This document shows, piece after piece, positions 20,584 to 35,700 of a DNA stretch of 64,000 bases (position 1 is the first letter of the stretch; each line of letters starts with the position of its first letter). Source of the DNA: a virus. Position numbers and translations under genes: made by a program. The DNA is taken from the IMG/VR virus record IMGVR_UViG_3300044613_003178; one strand, 5' to 3'. The notes beneath the pieces were generated by a model. It made no database searches. It was not told where the DNA came from and saw nothing but the letters and a program-made list of their open reading frames with translations.

Positions 20584-21408
20584 TTATCCTACAAAGAATT
20601 GAGGAGGAAGTTCCCACTTAGATTGCATTTCGTTTTCTAATTTTTGTACTTCTGATGTTGCTTCTTGGAATATTTCAGCACCATTCAGAACAATTCCACC
20701 CGGTAACTCCATACCACCAAACTTCATCATATTTGCTCCCCATTGTTGTTTAATAAGAGCGGTAGTATAAAGTTTTAATGTTCTATCGTTGTATATTTCA
20801 GTATATGCTTCTGGATTCAATATCTTGTATGCTTCGAATAACATATATTGACCAAGATATGTTTGACCCTTCCAATCCATGTTTACATATATTCTGTTTG
20901 TCACACGACTAAATTCCAAAGTCTTCTCCGGAGTTAACATATCTTGTAACATCTGCATGTGGCTTCTTGTTATTGCATATGTTATCAAAGACTGACTATA
21001 GGTGTTTGTGCGAAGACCGTATAAGTCGTTTAAAGCGATCTGGTAGCGTGCATCAAACATACCAGTGCCACCAAGGGTATCATACAACTGGAATACCTTT
21101 GTTACTGATATGATAGAATTGCCATCTGGATCTAATGCGGGAGCATCCACGATAGGCACAGTTGCTCCTGGGTCTGCTGTAGTTGCTTCTGTTAGATCAA
21201 TATATCCTCTGTCTATGTCTTTTTGTTCAATCTGCTTACGCATGTATACCTTTTCGACACCATCAAAATGATATTCTGCAAAAAATTGCAAAGCATCGTC
21301 TAGACGATCCTCTATTTGGGCATCATCGACATTTATTTGAATAACTGGATAACCCAGTTTTCTAAGACAAAAATCTTTTAATTGTTCTCTGCTGGCTGGT
21401 TTAGCCAT
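20584..21408 (-). CDS. gp13: Neck protein gp13
   Basis: Motifs CLRKLGYPVIQINV, EYHFDG, TALIKQQWGANMMKF, LPGGIVLNG. Confidence 0.96.
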   Translation of the reverse strand: MAKPASREQLKDFCLRKLGYPVIQINVDDAQIEDRLDDALQFFAEYHFDGVEKVYMRKQIEQKDIDRGYIDLTEATTADPGATVPIVDAPALDPDGNSIISVTKVFQLYDTLGGTGMFDARYQIALNDLYGLRTNTYSQSLITYAITRSHMQMLQDMLTPEKTLEFSRVTNRIYVNMDWKGQTYLGQYMLFEAYKILNPEAYTEIYNDRTLKLYTTALIKQQWGANMMKFGGMELPGGIVLNGAEIFQEATSEVQKLENEMQSKWELPPQFFVG

Positions 21409-21448
21409 AAAAAAATCTCCTCTTTATCTGTTATTTATAAAGAGGAGA
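21409..21448 (-). terminator. 12-bp hairpin followed by a T-tract; contains a TATAAATA late promoter (21432-21439) and the gp13 RBS
   Basis: TCTCCTCTTTAT (21416-21427) pairs perfectly with ATAAAGAGGAGA (21437-21448). On the - strand it is followed by TTTTTTT and then the gp13 ATG. Confidence 0.8.
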
Positions 21449-21472
21449 CTTCTTAGTTTTTAAGAAAAATGC

Positions 21473-21829
21473 TTATTCTGAGAATAAGAATCCGACTTTT
21501 AACAAATCATTTGCAGATAAGTTGAGTCCATCGAATTTTTCAACAGAAACTGGTTCCCATTGAATTTCGATCTCCGTAGATAGTAATTCTCCAAATTCCT
21601 TCATAAATTCTTCTTTATTTGCCTCTGATACCGAAACAGAGCCATTTTCATCCTTTTGACCATGCTTTGATACCAATTTAACTCTTTGGTCTTCTATTGA
21701 CTTAATCTCATCATTTAAAGACTTTAGTAACTTTGTTAACTTAAATGCCACTGATGCTGGTAATTCAGCATCTAGTATCTTGTTCATGACAGAAACAGAA
21801 TTATAAACTTCAACTAACTTAACCTTCAT
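21473..21829 (-). CDS. Small helical phage protein (DUF1617-like), possible fibre assembly chaperone
   Basis: Pattern LPASVAFKLTKLLK...RVKLVSKHG.KDENG...ELLSTEIEI. Located at the end of the fibre gene block. Confidence 0.5.
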   Translation of the reverse strand: MKVKLVEVYNSVSVMNKILDAELPASVAFKLTKLLKSLNDEIKSIEDQRVKLVSKHGQKDENGSVSVSEANKEEFMKEFGELLSTEIEIQWEPVSVEKFDGLNLSANDLLKVGFLFSE

Positions 21830-21843
21830 TTTTAAATCTCCTT

Positions 21844-22611
21844 TTATGCTATAGATGCAAAAAACTCAACAGTACCAAACCACTCAATGTTTTCACTAGA
21901 TCTTATACTTCTTCCTTGAATTGTCAAGTTCAAAGTATCATCTGTAGTGCTATTTGTGTTACCAGTATTTATACTGTGTATTATCTTTGGATAATTTGCA
22001 ATTATTGTAGAATCTAGTGGAGTTGTTATTGTAGAGAATTTTGGTTGTAACATCAATTCTGATACTGTTGGTATAGATGCAAAATTTTGAAATTGTTTAT
22101 CTGGTCCAACTGCAGCAATAGTAGAATTATTTGCACCACTGCCTTTATTAAAAATATAAGAAAAATGACCTGGTATATGTCTAAAAATAAAGTTACTAGC
22201 ACCAGTTCTATCTGATACTATATTATATCCTGTTGTAAAATGATAATATTGAAAAACAGATCCAATAGTCCCTTGTGCCATAAGATCCATTTTTACAGTA
22301 AGATATAATTTAGTTTTTGATGTACCTATATTAAAATTATAACTTTTTAGTGTACCGAATGTAGTAGTGTTTGTCATTGAATTAGAAAATACTTCTTTTT
22401 TATAATAAGAACTACCACTAGTTGGTGTTATAGTTATTGAATCCGCTGAACCAACTGAGTTTAATGCTTGTGGTTCTAATCTAAATTTTCCAGTAGCATC
22501 TGATTTTAACACTAAAACTTGATCTGCTGTGGAACTAGCACCGGAAATTAATATATTACTTATATTTCCTAAATCGAATCCATAATTTGAATTAAATGAA
22601 GTGTTTCCCAT
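21844..22611 (-). CDS. Putative fibre-associated structural protein (255 aa)
   Basis: Ser/Thr/Gly-rich, with a C-terminal LNLTIQG...IEWFGTVEF strand pattern. Located in the fibre gene block. Confidence 0.45.
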   Translation of the reverse strand: MGNTSFNSNYGFDLGNISNILISGASSTADQVLVLKSDATGKFRLEPQALNSVGSADSITITPTSGSSYYKKEVFSNSMTNTTTFGTLKSYNFNIGTSKTKLYLTVKMDLMAQGTIGSVFQYYHFTTGYNIVSDRTGASNFIFRHIPGHFSYIFNKGSGANNSTIAAVGPDKQFQNFASIPTVSELMLQPKFSTITTPLDSTIIANYPKIIHSINTGNTNSTTDDTLNLTIQGRSIRSSENIEWFGTVEFFASIA

Positions 22612-22624
22612 GTGGTTTCCTTTG

Positions 22625-27733
<5,109 letters not shown>

Positions 27734-27734
27734 A

Positions 27735-30700
27735 TTAGACTTCGTACTTCAATAGTTTGATATCTAAACTTCCTGGTGTATTACTATGTGTGAGTGTAAC
27801 AGTTGTTTCACTACCACCTGCTGTAGCGGAAATTGAAAAATTCACTGATAATGATGTCGATGTACTGGATGATGCATATTGAACTATATTTGTTGTGGTT
27901 CCTTTAACTTGAATCAATAATTCTGTTGTATAGAAATCACCTGATGCATTTTCTACATGTATGAAATATTTATAGGATTTCTTTGAATTATTTGGAATAA
28001 GGAATTGATCAACGGTAGTTGCACTTGTTGCTCTTGGTATGAATGTATGTGTTAAATATGCAGTATTCTTAGAATTTGCATATGCAGTAGTACCAGTATC
28101 AACATCCAATACTTCTAAACCTAAACGACAACTTCTATCTTTTTGTATTGTTTTACCAGTATTTGTTGATAAATTATAGTTAGTAAAGATTAAACCATTA
28201 TTTGTTGTATCATTTCTTAGATAGACACCATTACCAAGAGTATCTGAATTTGAATCTGGACCAGTCCCGATTAAGAAATTGGGCATACAAATTCTTGGAG
28301 AACTTGCAGCAGATAGATTTGCCCAAGCAGAACTACCAAAGAATCTTGTCTTTATAGTAGAACTTGGAGGTGCTGTTACTCCAGATGCAACCGTAAATCC
28401 AGAACCACCAAGACCTAATTGTGTGATAAAATCACCACCAGACCATGTTGAAACAAGAACAGTGTCTCTTCCTAGATGTAGTGAAGAACTACCAGTTGGC
28501 ATACTAATACCAATATTTGCATTTCCGTTTGTATACACTCCACCGTTACTTGCAATTATTGGGAAAGTTGTTGCTGCTGCAGTGCTTGCAGTAATCGTAG
28601 TACCAGAGAATGACAAATTACTTATATTTGTAAATGATAGAGTACTGATGAAATTGCTTGTAGCAACTAAAGTTCCACCACCTGTAAGTCCTACTACATG
28701 TGTAATTGCAGTTGATCCTGCTCCAAAAGAATTTACATAAGTTAAGTTACCAGTTGCAGCGTCTATTACTGGTAATTGTGAACCGGATGAAGCATTTACT
28801 GGCACAAATTTACTGACTATTGCATCTTTATTTACAGTTGCTGTACCAAAACCATATAAGAATCCTGCCCCACCATTGATAGTAGAAGTTAATCCAGACC
28901 ATCTTATTGATGAAGAAATTAATGCTGTAAAATTGTCAAGTGAGGAAATAGTATATTCTAAATCACCATCCGAAAACAATAATTTTTCTTTTGAGGATGC
29001 AGAACTGTTTGTCCTAGTGCCATCCCAATCACCAACGAGAGATATACTTCCAGTCCCACCAGTACCACCAGTATTTGTAATAATAATTTGATGATCTGTA
29101 CTTTCTGTTACAGTAATACCACTTCCACCTTTTAGTTTAATAATATTAGTTTCACTTGGTGTTACTGTTCCGGCATCAGTTTCTATACTTGTAAAATAAT
29201 TTGCACCAATCATTGTTGCCAATTCAGATGCAGATACAGATTTTAGATCACCATTACCAACTCTTCCTAGAACACTATTAGTACCTATTGACAGATCCTG
29301 TGGTGTATTATCAGAATTTGTTGAACCTGTGCCAACCTTTACTGTATTATCTGCCATTGTAGCAAGATAATTATTTGTTATTCCATTCGTTGCTATCTTA
29401 AAGTAAATTGTATCTGAATTTGTATCAGAATCCAAAAGTATTGGTGAAGAGGTAGTATCAAATCTTAAAGTTCCATGACTTTGTGTTTCAATTCTGGTTA
29501 CGGAAAGAGCAGTTGAAGTTGTTGAAATTAGAGAATTTGCTGTTCTTCCTTCTTCTACTTGAGCACCCCAAACTACAACACTACCACCATTTATTGTACC
29601 AAATGGTTGAGAAATATTAATATTTGGTGGTATTTCTGTTGTACTTGCACTGACAGTAGTGGATGGTTGTGCTTTAACTGTAAAAGTAAATCTTTGTGGA
29701 GTTGTTGTTGCTGTAAAATCCGGTGAATATGTTGGTGCTGCAGTGTTGACAAATCCTGCTTTTTTTCCGTGATAGTAACCAATTTTAAATGATTGAGTAC
29801 CAGATAAAGTAGCAACATATACAGAAATTGTAAGATATTTACCTTCAGTTTCTGTTGCGTTCCAATTTGTGCTTGTACCGGGTTTACAAAAATTTGCAAA
29901 AATACCATTATTTAAATTTGAAGTTAATGATGAATTATTTACGAAAGTTACTTTTGTTCCTGTGGTTGAAGTTATTATACCATCAGTAAATGTAATCGAA
30001 CTTTCTGTTTCTTTTCCTGCAATATTTGTTGTAGCAGCACCAATTGAAGAATCTGCTGCTTGTCCATCTCTATATCTAAGCCAAGTTATTGAAGTCATTA
30101 CATTACTATTCAAGAAATAGTTGCTATATGTGACTGTTGATGTACCATTTGATTCTATTGTTTCACCAGTATCAGCAATATAAACTTTACTAAATGCTGA
30201 ACCATATTTATTTGTTATCTTGATTGATGGAATACCAGAAATAATATCTGCTACAGTATTATTTACTGCAAGTTCAATGCCATCTCCCTCTTGAAGACCA
30301 ATCAGAGCACCATTTATAGAATTTGTAGTTGTAAATCTAAACGCTGGTATTTCATAATCTTGTGTTGTTCCTATAGTTGTAGCGTTTCTTGGTATTCGTA
30401 CTATACCAAAATTTCTTGTAGGTGTTATACCAAAGTTATTTTGTTTTGCTGTCGGATAACCAGTATCAAAACCTGTTTTAGCAAATTTGTCTTGTAATAA
30501 TGTTGTTGGTGTATCCCACGAAATTACACCAGAAGAATTTGCACTTAAAATTGAATTATTAGTTGTAACTTGTAAAGTTGGTGTTCCGCTAGAATTACCA
30601 ATCAAAACAGAATTTGGATTAAATGTTGCAAGCTTTGTTATTGTTATGCTACCGTTTGAAACACTTGCTACAGATTGACCTGTTGCCTCTATTAATAAAC

Positions 30701-32516
30701 CACCACCGACTCCAAGATATTCTCTAATTCCTATACCGGTTCCTGCATAAATTTGAAGATTGTCATCATAAGTTGCAGTTTTACTACCAGGAATGTCATT
30801 TGTACTACTATCACCAATCCAAGAAACTGTTCTAAAATACTTACCTTTAATTGTGATCTTGTCGCCGTTTGTATCTACTTTATTATCTGCAACTACCTCT
30901 ATACCACCACCATTACCTGTTAATAGAAGAGTTTCACTTGGATAAAACGCTGAAACACTTCCTCCGCTATCTGTAGAAATAGTTGAATATGTTGGTTGAT
31001 TACCAAGTGTAGAGGCACTTATCACTATTTTATTTGATCCAGGAACTGTTTGTAATGTAATACCTGAACCTGCATCTATTGTAAATACATCATTTGGTGC
31101 GTCTGCTGTCACTTCAGCACCACTTACTAAAGTACCACCGCTTGAAGCAACTGCATTGAATCTTCCAAAAGAAAGTCCTTGAGCACTAACTGGGAAGAAT
31201 ATACCACCAGTTGTACTTGTTGCAACAAATACTGGCTTTACTATGCCACTTGCTGGTTTTGTTAGAGTATAATTTGGTGAACCACTTGTTAAATAATAAA
31301 CTGCACCAACATCAAGATTTGAATAAGATCCTGGGATATTACTTAGTACGAACTCACCATGAGTTACTACCCAAATTTTACCACCACTTATTCTTTCAAC
31401 AATACCAATAGAATATGCTTCTGATTCTTCTGATGAAGAAGTTAATGAACATTTAACTACTGTTGCTTGATTGTTTGTATCGTTGTATATTTTTACAACA
31501 TTACCAACTTCCAATCCTGCAGAATAATTAGAAGTTATATAACGGTTTGTCCACTTAGAATCTAGAATACCATTTGAGTTACTAATTGGAATTATACTTG
31601 TTGAGTAATCTGTAACTGTCTTGAAATTGGTTGTTGAACCTAAAACATTACCAATTTGGATTTTATCTGTTACAACGAATGTACTTGTAACTGGATTTGT
31701 AGTTTCTACTGTTGCATAGAATACTCTAGTTTCGGTATCAGTATTTGTATAATCTTTGTATATAAAATTAAGAGCTCTATCAACATTTCTTGCTTCAATT
31801 ATCCAAGATTTATCATCATTATTTGTGCTATCAACACCCATGAACATTTCAAGTGCAACATCATATTGTGTTGATCCACTTGTTGTATACTTGAATTCTG
31901 CTCTTCTTCCTGTACCATTTGTCAAGAAAGCATAGCCATCTTGTAAACCTATATTTCTATTTGAGAACCAAGCAGACTTGGTTGTATTATATGTGAATTT
32001 TACTTTTGAACTTGATGTTGTATCAAGAATCAAACCAGAATCATTATCTGTTGTGGCATCATCATATTGTAATCTAAGAGCATTGTCTTTAACATTTAGT
32101 GCATTTACAGTTATAGTTCCAGTAAATTCATGATTACCGGATAGGGTTGGTGGTAGAATATTGGAAGCGAGAACCTTAAAAAGATCATTACTTGGTTCTG
32201 TTCCTGGCTTTTCTATTACAAAATAATCTAAATTTGAAACAGAGGATTCTGATGTAAGATTTTCAATATCTAATGTTAGAGCACCAATAGCATCATTGGG
32301 ATATGCTTTAAGACCTTTACCAGTTTCAACATCGAGTATTACATTTCCACCGGAACGAGTCTCATTAAGACCTTTTCTTGGAGTAATATCGTAAATATTT
32401 AATGGATTGATAGCATCAATTATTTGGTTAGTTGTTGTAAACCAAGTATAAAAATTATCACTTAATGCTAATTTTGTTATGTCTTGTACTAGATCGCTTC
32501 CGTCTGTATTACTCAT
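27735..32516 (-). CDS. Tail fibre-like structural protein (1593 aa) with a CBM-like insert
   Basis: N-terminal LSDNFYTWFTTTNQII anchor-type motif, repeated F..I.TD.G.V....L.L.GG.GI.V fibre units, a VWGAQVEEG insert and a C-terminal KYFIHV...YTTELL domain. Confidence 0.7.
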   Translation of the reverse strand: MSNTDGSDLVQDITKLALSDNFYTWFTTTNQIIDAINPLNIYDITPRKGLNETRSGGNVILDVETGKGLKAYPNDAIGALTLDIENLTSESSVSNLDYFVIEKPGTEPSNDLFKVLASNILPPTLSGNHEFTGTITVNALNVKDNALRLQYDDATTDNDSGLILDTTSSSKVKFTYNTTKSAWFSNRNIGLQDGYAFLTNGTGRRAEFKYTTSGSTQYDVALEMFMGVDSTNNDDKSWIIEARNVDRALNFIYKDYTNTDTETRVFYATVETTNPVTSTFVVTDKIQIGNVLGSTTNFKTVTDYSTSIIPISNSNGILDSKWTNRYITSNYSAGLEVGNVVKIYNDTNNQATVVKCSLTSSSEESEAYSIGIVERISGGKIWVVTHGEFVLSNIPGSYSNLDVGAVYYLTSGSPNYTLTKPASGIVKPVFVATSTTGGIFFPVSAQGLSFGRFNAVASSGGTLVSGAEVTADAPNDVFTIDAGSGITLQTVPGSNKIVISASTLGNQPTYSTISTDSGGSVSAFYPSETLLLTGNGGGIEVVADNKVDTNGDKITIKGKYFRTVSWIGDSSTNDIPGSKTATYDDNLQIYAGTGIGIREYLGVGGGLLIEATGQSVASVSNGSITITKLATFNPNSVLIGNSSGTPTLQVTTNNSILSANSSGVISWDTPTTLLQDKFAKTGFDTGYPTAKQNNFGITPTRNFGIVRIPRNATTIGTTQDYEIPAFRFTTTNSINGALIGLQEGDGIELAVNNTVADIISGIPSIKITNKYGSAFSKVYIADTGETIESNGTSTVTYSNYFLNSNVMTSITWLRYRDGQAADSSIGAATTNIAGKETESSITFTDGIITSTTGTKVTFVNNSSLTSNLNNGIFANFCKPGTSTNWNATETEGKYLTISVYVATLSGTQSFKIGYYHGKKAGFVNTAAPTYSPDFTATTTPQRFTFTVKAQPSTTVSASTTEIPPNINISQPFGTINGGSVVVWGAQVEEGRTANSLISTTSTALSVTRIETQSHGTLRFDTTSSPILLDSDTNSDTIYFKIATNGITNNYLATMADNTVKVGTGSTNSDNTPQDLSIGTNSVLGRVGNGDLKSVSASELATMIGANYFTSIETDAGTVTPSETNIIKLKGGSGITVTESTDHQIIITNTGGTGGTGSISLVGDWDGTRTNSSASSKEKLLFSDGDLEYTISSLDNFTALISSSIRWSGLTSTINGGAGFLYGFGTATVNKDAIVSKFVPVNASSGSQLPVIDAATGNLTYVNSFGAGSTAITHVVGLTGGGTLVATSNFISTLSFTNISNLSFSGTTITASTAAATTFPIIASNGGVYTNGNANIGISMPTGSSSLHLGRDTVLVSTWSGGDFITQLGLGGSGFTVASGVTAPPSSTIKTRFFGSSAWANLSAASSPRICMPNFLIGTGPDSNSDTLGNGVYLRNDTTNNGLIFTNYNLSTNTGKTIQKDRSCRLGLEVLDVDTGTTAYANSKNTAYLTHTFIPRATSATTVDQFLIPNNSKKSYKYFIHVENASGDFYTTELLIQVKGTTTNIVQYASSSTSTSLSVNFSISATAGGSETTVTLTHSNTPGSLDIKLLKYEV

Positions 32517-32734
32517 TTCTTAATTTCCCGTATTAGATTGTTTAACAAATCTTTCAATTCGGTTATATCCTGCTTTAGTGATCCTACTGTTTCTTCTAAA
32601 CCGCTTAATCTTTCTCTTTCTTTTCTTCTATTTTTAGCCGTAATAACTTCATTGACATTAGTATTCAAAAGTGCTCTTGAATATTTATCACGGCATAAAT
32701 TGGGTTGTCCTTCAACTCTTATTTTTTGGTTCAT
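32513..32734 (-). CDS. Small conserved T4-like coiled-coil protein downstream of the VrlC-like gene
   Basis: RVEGQPNLCRD..SRALLN followed by a heptad coiled coil. ATGA overlaps on both sides. Confidence 0.75.
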   Translation of the reverse strand: MNQKIRVEGQPNLCRDKYSRALLNTNVNEVITAKNRRKERERLSGLEETVGSLKQDITELKDLLNNLIREIKK

Positions 32735-35700
32735 GTTGTAGAAATAATCCTCAATTCCTTAGCAATTGGAACTATTGACTCATCTGTGCTATATAGGACA
32801 ATTTTTATATTAAATTTAGAGAATTCTTCACCAACTTGGTCAGCATTTATTGTATATTTTACTTCTCTAAAGTCATTTTCATCTGCAGAAACAAAGTTTT
32901 CAAATTCTGGTGTCATTGATTCATAATATTCTTCTATAAACGCAGAATCAGTTCCTTGCTTTTGTCTCTTTATGTAAACATCCACTGCTGTTCCCTGTGG
33001 TTTGCATAATTTCATGAACACTGAACAATTAGTAGATTCTAAACCAGGCTCCAATGTTATTGTCTTAGTAATATAACGAGCCTTAGCAGTAGTTGCTATT
33101 GGTAATAATTCTTCACTTGTTCTAGATTGTGTCGTTATCATATTTCTAACACAGATCATACTGATCTTGTCTGTATCGATTACAGGTGTTATGATACCAT
33201 CGGATGATAAATCTAGAGACAATCTTACAGAACTGCTATTATATAGAATCTTCTTATTTACACCAAAATCAATATTTGTATTTGGTTTGATTGAAGCAGA
33301 TACTCTAGTTGCTGCATTTTCATTTAATGTTTCTAATGTTATTCCATCTATGGTATTGTTTAAATCGACATAAGATATGTTAACATTTGCTACAGAGTAA
33401 TTGTCCTTTGACTTTCTCGTGTTTGGTTCACTTAGAACTAAAAGACCATCTGTTTCAAAGTCACATCTATTAATGACAAACATTAAATCTGTTCCTTGGA
33501 TTTCTGTCCAAATAGTGTTATTATTTGTCTTATACATCTTACCGGAATATGGTTGTTCTGAGATTGGTATTCCAGTGTTAATTTGAACTTCACCAATTTC
33601 TGCTGAATATACAGAGTATTCAGAACTATTACTATTCAATACCAATGCATGTTCTCCTGGCAACAAATGTATTGGAGCATCAAATGTAAATTTAGTTCCA
33701 TTAGATGCAACTGAACCATCTTTTGATCCTGGGGTTGGTGTTACACCATCTTGTATAATCGAACTTGTTGATGGGACTATAGTTTTTGATGCATATGGAT
33801 ATGCATATGAGCCTTCACCTATTAGTGGATAACCAGATACAACTGGTCTTACTTCTAAGGTTACTGGTATATTTTGAGTGTCAATTGAACGGAAGAACAA
33901 CTCAACACTCTTAATATAAACACCTTGTGGATAGTTATTACCATCTACGAAGAATGTTTGTGCTAATAGTGTTTTTGGTTTGTTAAGAGTATCGACAATT
34001 GCTGGTCTTGTATTTACAAAATAATCGTTTGTATTTGTATTTGCACCTGCTGCAACATATTTCGATTCTGCTATTGTTTGTGCTGCCTCTCTGTTACCAG
34101 ATTGATTATCCATTACAGTTAGTAACTTCTCACCAACTTTAAATTTACCAGATGGTAAGTTGAATGTGAATGAAATTGAACCACTGGAATCTGTCTTATT
34201 ATTAGAACCATTTACAAAATCATTACTACCAATCTTACAATATGAATCGATTCTTATTCCATCAAAATATGGATATACTAATGTTTTTGGTTTCAATCCA
34301 GTAATACTTACTGAGATTGTTTTTTCTCTCATGAAAGGAATAATATCCTTGTCAACTACCTTTTCACCAACATTTACTTTGGTTGGTTTTGGTGTTTCTG
34401 AAACTGGTAGAGGAGCGGGGAAAATTAATTTTTCACCATTAATATTCTTATATCCTGCACCGAATCGATAACCACCACTTCCTCTTGTTGAACCAAATTT
34501 TCTTCTTGGAATTCCTTGCCAGAATGTTCTCCAAGAGTCATAATTTGTACCAAATGCTCCGGTATTATTATTCTTTACGCTTGGTTTTACATTTATAAAT
34601 GAATCATTTTCACCTTCTTGATTTGAGAGAACTTGTGGAGTCTTTGTATCATCAAACCAAGAATCACTAGATGGTGAGAGATTCATTCTACCTGTCCATA
34701 CAGTATCAGCAAATGCATTTATTGTAGTTAATGTGCTTGATAATGGCTGAATAATTAGTGGTGTCTCTGTGTAATCAAGAGTTACTAATCCTGTAGTATT
34801 ATTGATATTGATATTTGTGCTAGTTGCTGTATTTACATCAAAACCAATAACAGTTGTTTTGAATGGTGGTCTTAACAAGTTGTTTCCAACATCTATAGAA
34901 CAGTTATAATCAGAACTTAATGTATCACCTGTTCCATGACCAGAGAATCCATCAACAAGAATTGAAGTTTTGATTAATTCTTCACCAGTTGTTGAATCTG
35001 GAATACTTTGCTCTTTAGCGGTCTTTTCCAAAAGATTCATTCTGGTTGTGTGCTCTAATTCACTAATTCTTCTTTCAAGATCTCTAATGTCACTCATTGT
35101 ATATCTTTGATGATTATATGGAGTGATCTTCAAATCACCAATATTTGAAAGATATGCAGGTGACTCTATAGTATAGAGAGTCATTGAATTTGGTTCATCT
35201 GGTGGTATAACCGGGGTTAGTGATGAAGGACTTGAAATTACTTTAAATTTTCTATCTCTAGTTAGAACCAATTTATAGTTCTTAGCCTGATAGTATGAAT
35301 AATCAACAGTAAATGATTCTGTTATAACAGGTATACCATAGATACCATCCAATGTGCCAGATGAGTTTCTATATGGTCTAAAATCAATCACTGTATCAAG
35401 TTTATATTTTTCATTAGTAGAGGGACTTATATATTCCGGAATATCATTGTGTGATTCATAAGAGTTAACAACAATTGGTCCATTACCTTGATGTTCGAAA
35501 TATGTGTATGTTATCAATACCTGTTCATTTGACAGAATAAATACACCATTATTTTCTGGTTTCAATTTGAATGTTGCATAATCATAGATATTATCTGTTT
35601 GACCATTATTTAGTGTAAAATATGTTAAATCATAAATTGCACCAGTTGTTGTTGTCATATAATCAACAGAAATTATATCTGATTGTGGTATTGTTAGAAC

